DNA from: Octopus vulgaris
Taxonomy: Eukaryota
Length of the DNA stretch: 64,000 nucleotides
Assembly: GCA_951406725.2 (NCBI GenBank)
Contig: OX597836.1
Span: 13,826,001-13,890,000, forward strand
Direction of reading: 5' to 3'
Made by a program: the position numbers and the translations under genes. Positions 23,488-36,202 of this stretch are shown here, one piece after another (within the stretch, counting starts at the first letter, position 1; every line of letters starts with the position of its first letter). A model generated the notes under the pieces. The model was not told the DNA's origin. It saw nothing but the letters and a program-made list of their open reading frames with translations, and did no database searches.

Positions 23488-24220
23488 TGGAGGCCCGTGG
23501 CATAGTGGTTAGGGTGTCAGCACCATGATCGTAAGATTGTGGTTTCGATTCCTGGACCGGGCAACGCGTTGTATTCTCGAGCAATACTTTCATCGTTAAA
23601 AAGTGGAGGTGCATGGCTTAGTGGTTAGGGTGTTAGACTCATGATCGTGAGATTGTGGTTTCGATCCCTGGACCTGGCAATGCGTTGTATTCTCGAGCAA
23701 TACTTTCATCTTTACAAAGTGGAGGTGCATGGCTTAGTGGTTAGGGTGTTGGACTCATGATCGCACGATTGTGGTTTCGATTCCTGGACCAGGCAATGCG
23801 TTGTATTCTCGAGCAATACTTTCATCTTTACAAAGTGGAGGTGCATGGCTTAGTGGTTAGGGTGTCGGCACCAAGATTGTAAGATTGTGCTTTCGATCCC
23901 TGGACCGGGCAATGCATTGTATTCTCGAGCAATACTTTCATCTTTACAAAGTGGAGGTGCATGGGGCTTAGTGGTTAGGGTGTTGGACTCATGGTCGTAA
24001 GGTTGTGGTTTTGATTTCTGGACCAGGCGACACGTTGTGTTCTTGAGCAAAACACTTCATTTCAAGTTGCTCCAGTCCACTCAACTGGCAAAAATGAGTA
24101 ATGCTGCGATGGACTGGCGTCCCGTCCAGCTAAGGAACACATACGCCATAGAAACCGGGAACCCGGGCCCATGAGCCTGGCTAGGCTTTAAAAAGGGCGC
24201 ATTTATTTTATCTTATTTAT
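23488..24220 (+). mobile_element. SINE family D with five tandem tRNA-like heads (116-bp period) and one body
   Basis: TGGAGG starts at 23488, 23604, 23720, 23836, 23952, each with A box TGGC(A/T)TAGTGG and B box GTTTCGAT(T/C)CC (degenerate in the fifth); 16-bp TSD TTTATGTATTTCATTG at 23472-23487 and 24221-24236. Confidence 0.92.
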
Positions 24221-25227
24221 TTTATGTATTTCATTGCTATTATGTTAAACCATTGTATGGCCGAATTTGTTGCTGTTGTGGTGGTGGTGGTGGTGGTGGC
24301 TGTGATGCTGGTAGCTGTGATGGTAGTGTAGGTGCTGGTTGGATAGTGGTGGTGGTGGTTAGTAGTAGTGAGAGCTGTGATGTCATCGTTGGTGGTGGCG
24401 GTAGCTATAGTGTTGGTGTTGGCAGTGGTTGTGATGATGGTGTTTGTGGCTATATTGGTGGTTGATATTGGTATTGATGGCTTTTATGTTGTTGGTGACT
24501 GCAATTCTGGTTGTCATAGTCATGACAGCAACTGCGGTGTTTCATAGAAATAGTATCAATGACAATAATGAGAACAAAAAAACAAAAAACAAAAAAAAAA
24601 CAGTCAATCTAATAAAAAGATTCCCCACAGTTTCTCAAGACTTAATTTCAATTACAAGGCTAAATGAAGTTGATGGCTTTCATAATGGTTCAATGACCTA
24701 ACTGTCATACTGTTATACAACTTAGGTATACCTCGGGGGAAATAACAATCCATGTTAAATTGACTTGCTCTAAATAAATAACATAAAAGGAAAAGAGAAA
24801 TTTGTGAGTCGTACTCTGACAAGTCAAGCAAATCAATTCATACAAAGTGAAGCGTTATTCCATGAACTCGGAGAAGTACATTTGTGTGAATTCACAATCG
24901 CTATAAAATAGCTGAAGGCAGGTTTATGAGAGTTATCTGATATAAAAACAGATTTTGCTAATTAATTAACGAGAAAAGGAAACCATTTTTGATAGGTATG
25001 AAATGTGCTGAATAAGCTTAGCCAGCACTTGCAAGCGAATATGGCACTTTGTCACTTAACCGTTTCGAGTGTATCTGGAGTTGTGAGCAGACAAATACTT
25101 ATTTGGCATTTGCTAATTCCAGGCAAATTTATTTGACATCAGACATTTCACTGTTTTTCTCATTTTCTCTCTCTCTCTCTTTGTTTATGTGTGAGCATCT
25201 TATGTGTATATGTATCTGCAATGTCTG

Positions 25228-25298
<71 letters not shown>

Positions 25299-25301
25299 TC
25301 A

Positions 25302-25482
25302 TTTACTTGTTTCAGTCATGTGACAGTGGCCATGCTGGAGCACCGCCTTTAGTCGAGCAAATCGACCCCAAGACTTATTCTATCGGTCTCTTTTGCCAAA
25401 CCACTAAGTTACAGGGACGTAAACACACCAGCATCAGTTGTCAAGCGATGTTGGGGGATCAAACACAGACACACACACACAT

Positions 25483-25533
<51 letters not shown>

Positions 25534-25862
25534 CATATATATACACATATATATCATCATCATCATCATCATCATCGTTTAACGTCCGCTTTCCATGCTA
25601 GCATGGGTTGGACGGTTCAACTGGGGTCTGGGAAGCCCAAAGGCTGCACCAGGCCAGTCAGATCTAGCAGTGTTTCTACAGCTGGATGCCCCTCCTAACG
25701 CCGGGCTTCTTTCAGTTTCCATCTACCAAATCCAATTAGAAGGCTTTGGTCGGCCCGAGGCTATAGTAGAAGACACTTGCCCAAGGTGCCATGCAGTGGG
25801 ACTGAACCCAGAACCATGTGGTTGGTAAGCTAGGTACTTACCACACAGCCACTCCTGTGCCT
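25302..25862 (-). mobile_element. SINE family A with a family B copy (25554-25700) inserted at its internal microsatellite
   Basis: A tail - (TA)n - (CAT)n B fragment - A head. Confidence 0.85.
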
Positions 25863-26691
25863 AAAGTTAACAGATTCTAGCAAAAGGGAACTGTTTATCT
25901 ACCTACTCAACAGATATTAAATGATGACGATAATAATGATATATAAGACACACATGCACAAGTGAGTTTGCGTGTTCACATATGTGGAAGTGCACTTATA
26001 AAATAATTAGGTTTATGAGAAAATTCTGAAAAACTGGACTGTCAACTAGTTTATTTCTAAGGTTTCTTACTCTACTCTTTATTTAAAATAGTTTTATTGT
26101 CTTTTCTAGTCTACTTTTTTTTCTCTTCCTCCGTTTTCTTTTAGTTGTGTTATTCGTAACACTGGAAAAACTATTATGTGGGGGTGTACATTGTGTGTGG
26201 TGGGGTGGGACTGTGAGTGACACGGTGTATGAGAGTATGAGTACAGTCGAAAAGGAAAGAGAAAACTATTTTAGATAAAGACGGAGAGGTAATACATTTT
26301 TAACGTTTACTTCTTTCAGTTATTGAACTGGGGCCATGCTGAGCCACTGCCTTGAAGAAGGGTTTTTAAGTGAAACAAATCAACTCTCAGCACTAATTTT
26401 TTTTTTTTTTTTTTGTGTTTTGGGGCCTGGTACCTATTCTATCAATCTCATATACCAAACTGCTAAGTTATGGGGATGTAAACAAACTAACACCAGTTGT
26501 CAAGCCACGGTGTCTTCAGGCCAACCAAAGCCTTGTGAATGGATTTGGTAGACGGAAACTGAAAGAAGCCCATCATATATATGTATATATATATATATAT
26601 ATATGTACGTGTGTGTGTGTTTGTCCCCCCCCAATATCACTTGACAACTGATGCTGGTGTGTTTACATGCCCGTTACTTAGCAGTTCGCAT

Positions 26692-26873
26692 AACTGGCCC
26701 ATGTGCCGGTGGCACGTAAAAGCACCCACTACACTCTCGGAGTGGTTGGTGTTAGGAAGGGCATCAAGCTGTAGAAACTCTGCCAGATCAGATTGGAGCC
26801 TGGTGCAGCCATCTGGTTCGCCAGTCCTCAGTCAGCTCATCCAACCCATGCCAGCATGGAAAGCGGACGTTAA

Positions 26874-26910
<37 letters not shown>
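26692..26910 (+). mobile_element. Retroposon family B fused to a partial family A copy (26519-26690)
   Basis: Family body plus long (GAT)n tail. Confidence 0.85.
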
Positions 26911-26913
<3 letters not shown>

Positions 26914-27124
26914 ACTCTTCCTGTAAAAGAAAACATGTACCTGTTTATTTTATTTACATCTATCTTTTTCAGATTTTTTTTTTTCTTTGGTTAATAAACT
27001 TTCCTCTTGAAAAAGAAAATGAGGCTTTTATATTGCTTGAAAAAATTAAACAGTACATCTATTGTTGATTAAATTAGAACTAGCAGAAGGTATTATTTTT
27101 AAAACTGAAGCGTGGACAAAATAC

Positions 27125-27423
27125 AGAGAAAGAACATTGTTTCACGCTAAGAGTTGCTGAAGTATGGAACAAACTGCCGGCATCAGTTGTTAGTTGTTGG
27201 AGCACTGCATCCTTCGAAACTTCCATGCTTCCTGAGATTTGCCAACACTACACCTGATTTTCTCCCCTCCATACACACACGCAAGCATGTGTCTGACTCA
27301 TACACTGTTCACTTTCCAGACATTTGTACATTACTGCATATGCTTTATACGCACTTTTGACAAGTCATGGTGCACCTAAGCACTGTATACAATAATTTCA
27401 TTATTATTATTATTATTATTATT
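27125..27423 (+). pseudogene. 3' end of a CR1-type LINE (ORF2 C-terminus, 3' UTR, (ATT)n tail)
   Basis: Translates CFTLRVAEVWNKLPASVVSCWSTASFETS, matching the F..RV...WN.LP..VV CR1 motif; ends in (ATT)n. Confidence 0.75.
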
Positions 27424-27834
27424 GTGCATGCCATCAAAGTGATACTGGGGTAATATATATGAAGCCCAGTATACCTATCATGACTACCCGTCTGATAAGG
27501 GTACACTAGGCACATGCATCACAACCATATGATCTTATATCAAGATAAACTGCACATGACCTTGCAGGTGGGGCCCAGTTAGAATTTTATTCGGGTTGAG
27601 TAACCCATCCCGCTCAAAAGGTCCTTGAATAAGGGTTGTTTAAGGATGTTGAAAGAAACACCCATGTTTCCAGAGGTGAATTATCCAAACCTCCAAGAAT
27701 CCCTCTCAACACATGGCTATGATGCTCAGTGGTATTTTGTCCATTATTATTATTATTAATGTTATTATTATTATAAAGAGGAAGGGATGAAAAGAAGAAG
27801 AGGGAGGAAAAGAGAAAGAGACAGACTAATGGTA

Positions 27835-28160
27835 TAATAATCCTTTTGACTATAGGCACAAGGTATGGAATTTAAGGGCTGGGGGTTAGTTGATTACAGC
27901 AACCCCAATACTTCACTGGTACTTATTTCTATTTCTTTACTACCCACAAGGGGCTAAACACAGAGGGGACAAACAAGGACAGACACACGGATTAAGTCGA
28001 TTATATTGACCCCAGTGCATAACTGGTACTTATTTAATCGACCCCGAAAGGATGAAAGGCAAAGTTGACCTCAGCGGAATTTGAACTCAGAACGTAACGG
28101 CAGACGAAATACGGCTACGCATTTCGCCCGGTGTGCTAACGATTCTGCCAGCTCACTGCA
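27835..28160 (-). mobile_element. SINE family E (one copy abutting the tail of another)
   Basis: Reverse complement of the 6.2-6.8 kb sequence. Confidence 0.85.
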
Positions 28161-28620
28161 TTCTATGGTACTATGGTACCTTCACTTGTACCTATTTCGT
28201 CAACCCCCTAAGGATGAAAGGTACCCCTATGGATATATTGCAGTTACTCTCTTCATAGAGCCTCGTGATTCTGACCCTAACCCTGATCTTCTAGGGTTCC
28301 TCTCTGCCCAGCAACAATATTAGAAGCAATGAGGGCTCAGCTGAGCTCTTCCACAACCTTGTCACAATCCACCATGCTACGGTCCCATGACTTCGCCATA
28401 TCTCAGGCAAGGCAGCTGAAAGGGTGCTATGCCTTGCTAAAGGGAAGCCCTTAACTACACAGAGCATAGTTGTCACTCCATTGGGTATTTTCAGAATGCC
28501 CGCAAACTCTAGCCTACAGCATATACATGTGTATATTTGTGTGTGTGTATATTGTGTACAAGACAGCAAACATGACCCATTATTTCTTTTGTAGTGGTTC
28601 TATATGTATTGGGCTTTATA

Positions 28621-28659
<39 letters not shown>

Positions 28660-28662
<3 letters not shown>

Positions 28663-29050
28663 GGAAGCACTCCGTCGGTTACGACGACGAGGGTTCCGGT
28701 TGATCCAAATCAACGGAACAGCCTGCTCATGAAATTAACATATAAGTGGCTGAGCACTCCACAGACACGTGCACTCTTAACGTAGTTCTCGGGGATATTC
28801 AGTGTGACACAGAGAGTGACAAGGCCGGCCCCTTGAAATACACGTACAACAGAAACAGGAAGAAAGAGTGAGAGAAAGTTGTGGTGAAAGAGTACAGCAA
28901 GGATCACCACCATCCCCTGCCGGAGCCTCATGGAGCTTTTTTTAGGTGTTTTCGCTCAATAAACACTCACAACGCCAGGTCTGGGAATCGAAACCGCGAT
29001 CCTATGACCGCGAGTCCACTGCCCTAACCACTGGGCCATTGCGCCTCCAC
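28660..29050 (-). mobile_element. tRNA-derived SINE (same head as 17338, different 3' half)
   Basis: Minus strand GTGGAGGCGCAATGGCCCAGTGG...GTTTCGATTCCC; 3' half also seen at 58870-59020. Confidence 0.85.
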
Positions 29051-30229
29051 ACGTGTGTGTGTGTGTGTGTGCATGTGTTTGTGTACATGTGTGCAGTTTA
29101 TAAGTCTGTGTGTGGGTGTATCTATGAATAATAAGGCCAAGCCCTTGAATAACAAGCTCAAGTCTTGGTTTCTAGGTTTTATTGCCTGAATATTAACATA
29201 TATACATACATTATATATATCTCCATTTTCTTATATATATATATATATATTTATTAATGTGTGCTTTCATGCATGAACGAAGATGAGATGCCTTGCCTAT
29301 CCCCACCCACCTACGCAATATCTACAAACACCATTGTTGAGGTGGGATGGGACCTGTATATCTCAATATGGTCACTCAGTCTGCTAGAAATAGCAGCCAG
29401 AGGCCCATGTCTTTCATACTCCTACTAGCCAATTGACCAAGAAAGTCACCTCCCCCCTCAACACAGACACACACAGCGTCTACATATGCCGTTGCTGTGG
29501 TAAAATGAGTCCGCTATGTGATCACTCGATCTGCTAGAAATGACAGCCAAATCTCTCACATTACAAGAAGTTTGCTTCCCAACCACATGGTTCAGCTGCC
29601 CTTGATGAATTCTGTCCAACCCATGCAAATACAGAAATGTGGACATTAAAATGATGATGATGATGATAATAAAAGGATAATATGCAAAGTCAACCGTGGT
29701 GGCATTTGAACTCAAAACATTAAGATGGACAAAATGCCACTGAGCATTTCACCCAGCGTGATAACAGTTCTGCCAGCTCGCCACCTTCTCTGCCACTTTA
29801 GCCATCAGGTAATATTACATAACATGGAAGCAGGTGAGAACTGGAGACATGTAAGCCATCCAGCAGTACAAGATTTGTTTCAACAAATTCTGTCCAATCC
29901 ATGCAAATAGGGAAAAGTGGATGTAAAACAATGATGATGATGGTGATGATGATGAAAGAATGAAAGGCAAAGTTGACCAAGCCAGGATTTGAACTCAGAA
30001 TGCTAATTTTGGAAATAAGTACAATAATGCTTTCTATCCAACACTCTTATGACCCTGCCGATTGTTTGCCCTTTCCCTAGTTGTGTAGTGCTTGAGAAAA
30101 AGATGGGACAGCCATACTTTGTAAACCTTTTATCAGGGACTGGTCAAACAGCCAGAGCCCATCAAGGGGCTAAAAACAACAGCAACATTAGAAGCTCATT
30201 TCAAGCAAAATGCTTGAAATCTTAATTAG

Positions 30230-30835
30230 GATCTTTACCTTTTGACCTACAGATTTAAAAAATAATTTTTTGTAAATAAACACTTTCAAATTTTGGACAC
30301 TGGTAGAATGTGTCATATAAAACATCTTTTACTTTTAGCATTTTTGAGAAAAACTTATATTTACGAAATAATTTCATGTTAAAGTTGTCCTATTTCGGTA
30401 ATTTCAACCAATCAATGATGTGTATTCAGGTGAATAAAATTACTGCTGTTGTTTGTCAACAAGAACTTCCCACGGTGTATTTTTCATTTGTCACTGTTAC
30501 TTATGAGAACCCTAACCGTAACCCCAAAACCCTAACACCCTAACCTTAAATCTAAAACCAGTGCAAATGCACAAACGATGTCATAAATAACAGTGACAAA
30601 TGAAAAATACACCGTCGACAAACAACGGCAGTAATTTTATTCAGCTGAATACATGTCATTGATTGGCTGAAATTACCGAAATACGACAACTCTAACACGA
30701 AATAACTTTGTAAATATAAACTTTTCTCAAAAAAGTTGAGAGTAAAAGATGTTTTATATAACACATTCTACCAGTTTGAAAGTGTTTAGTTACAAAAAAT
30801 TATTTTTAAAACCTGTAGGTCAAAAGGTAAAGATC
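30230..30835. mobile_element. Long-TIR MITE/foldback element with telomere-like core
   Basis: GATCTTTACCTTTTGACCTACAG ... CTGTAGGTCAAAAGGTAAAGATC, ~275-bp imperfect arms; degenerate (CCCTAA)n at 30509-30547; solo left arm at 22120-22265. Confidence 0.85.
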
Positions 30836-31192
30836 TGTTAACTATGACCCTGAAGATATGATATGATAACACGAATAAATAAATACAAAACCCCAGTCAT
30901 CAGTATACGATTAAAAATAATCCGAAGGCCAAGCGTTCAGCAGAACAACAGAGCCAATAATAAATTACTGGATGTAACGTTATAACGATGGTGTTTGCAT
31001 GCTAATGAGTTTGTGAATGTATAAACACTTTATTAATGAATGCATGTATGGTTTGTCGTTAAGTTCCTAGTCAGCCCTGACTGAGCAAAACGATGATTAA
31101 AGAATTATAGAAGCTCTAGACACAGTCAGCCAGTCATTTAATATATAACAAGGACAACACTGTCCAATGTATTTGCTTCCTTATTTAGATAA

Positions 31193-31243
<51 letters not shown>

Positions 31244-31377
31244 TCTCTCTCTCATCGTTTAACATCCTCCTTTCATGTCGGCATGGGTTGGAAGGTTTGA
31301 CAGGGACTAGCCAGGCAGAAGCCTGGACCATACTTCCATATCTGTTTTTAAAATATTCACACATACATATACATAAA

Positions 31378-31982
31378 CCAAAAAAAGAGATATAAGGACT
31401 TGCTGAAGGCTTCCTTAAGAGATGCTTGCATCTCTCCTGACACATGGGAAGGCATAGCTATTGATCGTAGCAGGTGGAGAAGGATTGTGCACCAGGGGAC
31501 AGCTACTTTTCAGAATCTCGAGTTGCACAGGAGAAAGTAAGGAGGGATGTCAGGAAGGGCATCGCTGTTACACTTCCAGATGGGAAGGGTCTTCCTATGA
31601 TGCTGACATGCAGTGTCTGTGCAAGACCCTGCCTCAGTAAAGCTGGACTCAAGAGTCATCTTCGTAGTCATAAAGCGAGACAGATGAGTGACAACCTGGC
31701 CACTGGTGGTGGTGGTGTAACACACCATACTAATCATATCTGTCGGGCATGTGGAAGAGAGTGTAATTGGGCAGGAGGACTTAAACGACGTGCAAAGGTA
31801 CATGAAGCCCAGTTACAACTACAGCCGGCTATTACCGGTAAAGGTTTTAGTTGCCAATTTTGTACAAGACATTGTAGATCTTTAGCTGGGCTAAAAAGTC
31901 ACATTTGATCACAGCACCAGTAACAGTTAAGCTTCGTGCAATGGCAATACTCGATAACGAGGGGGCAGCCATAATAAAAAAA
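31378..31982 (+). pseudogene. 3' end of an RTE-clade LINE with three C2H2-like zinc fingers
   Basis: KRYKDLLKASLKRC..., TWEGIAIDRSRWRRIVHQG (RTE post-RT motif, frameshifted), then CSVC..SKAGLKSHLRSH, CRAC..WAGGLKRRAKVH, CQFC..SLAGLKSHI*; short 3' UTR and A-rich tail. Confidence 0.8.
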
Positions 31983-32569
31983 AAATGTATGTATGTATAT
32001 TTTTAAGGTACAGGTGTGGTTGTGTGGTTAAAACCTTGCTTCCCAGCCCGAGGCTATAGTAGAAGACACTTGCCCAAGGTGTCACGCAGTGGGACTGAAC
32101 CCGGAACCATGTGGTTCGTAAAGAAGCTACTTACCATACAGCCACTCCTACATTACCCCCAACACTCAACTGTTACTTATTTTATTGGCCACAAAAGGAT
32201 GAAAGGTGAAGTTGACTTCAACAGTATTTGAACTCAAAACAAGTTCAAATACTGACTAAGATTATAGAAGTTCTAGTCATAATCACCCTGTCATTTCGTA
32301 TACAACAAGGTCAACACTGTCCAATATGTCTGTGTGCTTTTTTTTCTTCCTTTTTTTCTTTTTTTAACTTATGGTGAGGGTGTGCAAATGTAGATATGTG
32401 TACATAGAGGAATTCAAAAGAACATATCTAGCGGAAGATATGTTGACAAGAAACGTCAACAACCACCACCGTTCATGGATTAATCACAGACAGTGACATC
32501 TCTGTTGGTCACTGAAGCCCTGGCACAGTTTTGCAAACATTCTCTCTCACACACACACGTTTTTTTTTA

Positions 32570-33040
32570 TTCTTTTACTTGTTTCAGTCATTTGACACTG
32601 GCAATGCTGGAGCACCACCTCTGAGGGTTCTAGTTGATGAAATCAACCCCAGGACTTATTCTTTGTCAGTACTTATTTCATCAGTCTGCTTTGCTAAACC
32701 ACTAAGTTACAGGGCCATAAACACACCAGAATCCGTTGACAAGTGATGGCGGCAGGACAAACACAGACACACACACACATACATACATACATACACACAC
32801 ACATACATACATATATATACACACATACATACATACATACATACATACATACATACACACATACATACACACATACATACAAGGGCTTTCAGTTTTTGTC
32901 TACCAGATCCATTCACAAGGCTTTGGTCAGCCCGAGGCTATAGTAAAAGACACTAGACCAAGGTGGCATGCAGTGGGACTGAACCCGGAACCATGTGGTT
33001 GGGAAGCAAACCTCTTACCGCACAGCCATACCTACACCTA
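32570..33040 (-). mobile_element. SINE family A, diverged
   Basis: Colinear; expanded internal (TACA)n. Confidence 0.85.
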
Positions 33041-33221
33041 TATATATATATATATATATATGCATTATATGTGTACGTACATCAGGCACAGATGAACATT
33101 CTTATGTACGTGAAACTATTACTAACACAGATAATGCATGTAGTATGAAGCAGTTATAGTAATATTAGACTCCCATATTAGACTCTAGCATGGGTGAGAA
33201 TATATGTGTGCATGTGTATAG

Positions 33222-33561
33222 CGTCACCTTACTGGCACTTGTGCTGATGGCACGTGAGCAAAACATTCGAGCAAGGTTGTTGCCAGTGCCGCTAGACTGA
33301 CTCCTGTGCAGGTGGCATGTAAAAAACATCATTTCGAGCGTGGCCGTTGCCAGTACCACCAGACTGGCCCTCGTGCCGGTGGCACATATAAGCACCCACT
33401 ACACTCTCGGAGTTGTTGGCGTTAGGAAGGGCATCCAGCTGAAGAAACTCTGCCATATCAGATTGGAGCCTGGTGCAGCCATCTGGTTCGCCAGTCCTCA
33501 GTCAAATCGTCCAACCCATGCTAGCATGGAAAGCGGACATTAAATGATGATGGTGATGATG
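33222..33561 (+). mobile_element. Retroposon family B, long copy with internal subrepeats
   Basis: Repeated GTGC(C/A)GGTGGCA.(G/A)TAA and GTTGCCAGT units followed by family body and (GAT)n. Confidence 0.88.
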
Positions 33562-33594
<33 letters not shown>

Positions 33595-34282
33595 AATGTG
33601 TGTATATATATATATATATATATTGGTATGTATAAGAGGTTTCATTCAGTTTCTTTCTACCAAATTCCTTCACAAGGCATTGGTTGGCCTGTTGGCCAGA
33701 GACTACAGATAGAAGACTCTTGTCCTGCAGATACAGACAAACAGCGAAAAACAAAGGATTTTATCCTATGAGGTTGATCTGTTGTTAAATTGAGTCTACA
33801 GGAGACATTGCCAGGATTTTGGAACAAACTCAGACTCATTCTTCAGCATCATTGATAATGCCATTATTGTATGAAGCATCAGCATGGAGAATGGGAGCTA
33901 AATGATGATGGTGATGATGATATATATACACACACAAGCACACATGCACTGGGCTTCTGCACAGTTTCCAGTCTACCAAATTTCACTCTCAACACTAGAC
34001 TAAAGTAGTGAGAGAAATGAAGGTGTCACACAGGAAGTTCAAACAAGAAACCACATGTTTGTTAAGTAAATTTAAGCACAGAGCCTTCATTGCACATACA
34101 CACACACACACAGATACGTATATTAAATGAGACTTGGCTGTTATTTCTAGGAAGTTGAGCAACCATATAAGACTCTCTTGTAGGCTTGTACATGTATGTT
34201 CCGTATACCCACGTGAAGTATACATGTGCAAATGAGTGTGAGAGTGTGAATGCCTTCACAGCAGCTCTCCCTCCTTTTCCAA

Positions 34283-34318
<36 letters not shown>

Positions 34319-34479
34319 CACCTTACCAAGACAATCAGCTCTCTCTCTCTCTCTCCCTTCACCTTGACTGCAGTCTCTGTACTCTACTACATACCTGCCT
34401 GCTTGCTCTGTTCTATTCCACAAATCAATTCACCTTTCATTTTTGCCTACCTTATCTCTAATACATGACATATAAACCC

Positions 34480-34514
<35 letters not shown>

Positions 34515-34758
34515 ACATATAACATGCATGAGTAAATATACAACCATATATGAATCATAGCACACGCATGCACATATATACATCTAGAAAGAGAGATATA
34601 CTCGTATCTTAAATCTCTTTTTAAAAACGTATATAAACAGTTTATGTAGTAGTTTTTTTTTAATTCACAAAAGGTCCATAATATGTGAACACTTTAGGAA
34701 GAAGAAAATACAAACGTTAGTGTGCACTGAAAATAGTTAAAATATTTTATTAATATAT

Positions 34759-34930
34759 AGATGTAGGAGTGGCTGTGTGGTAAGTAGCTTGCTAACCAAC
34801 CACATGGTTCCGGGTTCAGTCCCACTGCGTGGCATCTTGGGCAAGTGTCTTCTGCTATAGCTCCGGGCCGACCAATGCCTTGTGAGTGGATTTGGTAGAC
34901 GGAAACTGAAAGAAGCCTGTCGTATATATG

Positions 34931-34967
<37 letters not shown>

Positions 34968-35179
34968 TTGTGTGTCTGTGTTTGTCCCCCTAGCATTGCT
35001 TGACAACCGATGCTGGTGTGTTTACGTCCCCGTCACTTAGCGGTTCGGCAAAAGAGACCGATAGAATAAGTACTGGGCTTACAAAGAATAAGTCCTGGGG
35101 TCGATTTGCTCGACTAAAGGTGGTGCTCCAGCATGGCCGCAGTCAAATGACTGAAACAAGTAAAAAAGAGTAAAAGAGA
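34759..35179 (+). mobile_element. SINE family A, full length, followed by a 177-bp duplication of flank plus head
   Basis: 34629-34805 repeated at 35180-35357. Confidence 0.92.
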
Positions 35180-35359
35180 GTATATAAACATTTTACGTAG
35201 TAGTTTTTTTTTTAATTCACAAATGGTCCATAATATGTGAACACTTTAGGAAGAAGAAAATACAAACGTTGGTGTGCACTGAAAATAGTTAAAATATTTT
35301 ATTAATATATAGACGTAGGAGTGGCTGTGTGGTAAGTAGCTTGCTTACCAACCACATAG

Positions 35360-36200
35360 CAAGTTTGGTTTTTAAGCCTACATGTCTTCTGATGACCGAA
35401 TGCTGAAGATGACATTACTGTGCCAGCACCAGCAAATTCTTGCATTTAATTTAGCCTCCTGCCTTTGAGACCTCACGAAAATGGTCCCCAGATACTTGGA
35501 CTTCTCCACCTGTATCAGTGGAGGTACATGGCCTCGTGGTTAGAGCAGCGGACTCGTGGTCGAGGGATCGCGGGTTCGAATCTCAGACCGGGCGATGTGC
35601 GTGTTTATGAGCGAAACACCTAAGCTCCACGCGGCTCCGGCAGAAGGTAATGGCGAACTTCTGCTGACTCTTTCGCCACAGATTTCTCTCGCTCTTTCCT
35701 TCTGCATCTTGCAGCTCACCTGCGTCCAGTCCAGATGGGGGGAACCTATACGCTCAGGAAACCGGCCCTTATGGCTCGAGAAGGAAGGAACCTGTATCAG
35801 TGGAACTCCAATCACATGTAGATTACATTATGCAGGCATCCTTGAGATGGTCTCAGCCTTTTGTGGTACTGAATTTGATTCCTGCTGACCAGCACTTGGC
35901 ATTAAATTTAAATCTATCAAGTACATATCAGAGATGACCTTCAGATGAACTGTGCAGTGTCATGTCATCTGCAAAGTCCAGCCGACTGATCCAACATCTA
36001 CTGGTTTCGATAACATTTCCAGCCTGGCTGCGCATGTCAATCCAGTCCATAAAGTTTATGAAGAGGACAGGTGACAGTGCACACCCTTGGCAGAGCCCAA
36101 CACCCACACTGAATGGTCTCGACTTAGCACCATTTATCTGAACATGAATACTAAGGTATTTGTATGGGAACTTCAAGGCAACAAGAAGCAGTTTATGTAT
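35360..36200 (-). pseudogene. LINE reverse-transcriptase fragment (RTE-like), split by a SINE
   Basis: Minus strand KSRPFSVGVGLCQGCALSPVLF...RLDFADD (35.93-36.15 kb) and, past the SINE, QVEKSKYLG (~35.5 kb): RT motifs QG..LSP.LF, xADD, KYLG. Confidence 0.85.
35518..35789 (+). mobile_element. SINE family C inserted in the RT fragment
   Basis: TSD ACCTGTATCAGTGGA at 35508-35522 and 35790-35804 (overlaps the head); A/B boxes. Confidence 0.9.
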
Positions 36201-36202
36201 GA

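Noticed and set aside
23488-24060. CRISPR-like array or tRNA gene cluster
   Set aside because: Whole 116-bp units are repeated with no unique spacers and no cas genes; heads lack a clean acceptor stem and run into a SINE body bounded by a TSD
31474-31908. Host C2H2 zinc-finger gene
   Set aside because: Preceded by frameshifted RTE ORF2 motifs, damaged fingers, no canonical linkers, LINE-type tail
31085-32330. Similar ~80-bp segments at 31090 and 32255 as possible LTRs around the RTE fragment
   Set aside because: Both resemble an old dispersed repeat also seen near 2.0, 22.5, 43.8 and 56.4 kb; no TG...CA ends or primer-binding site
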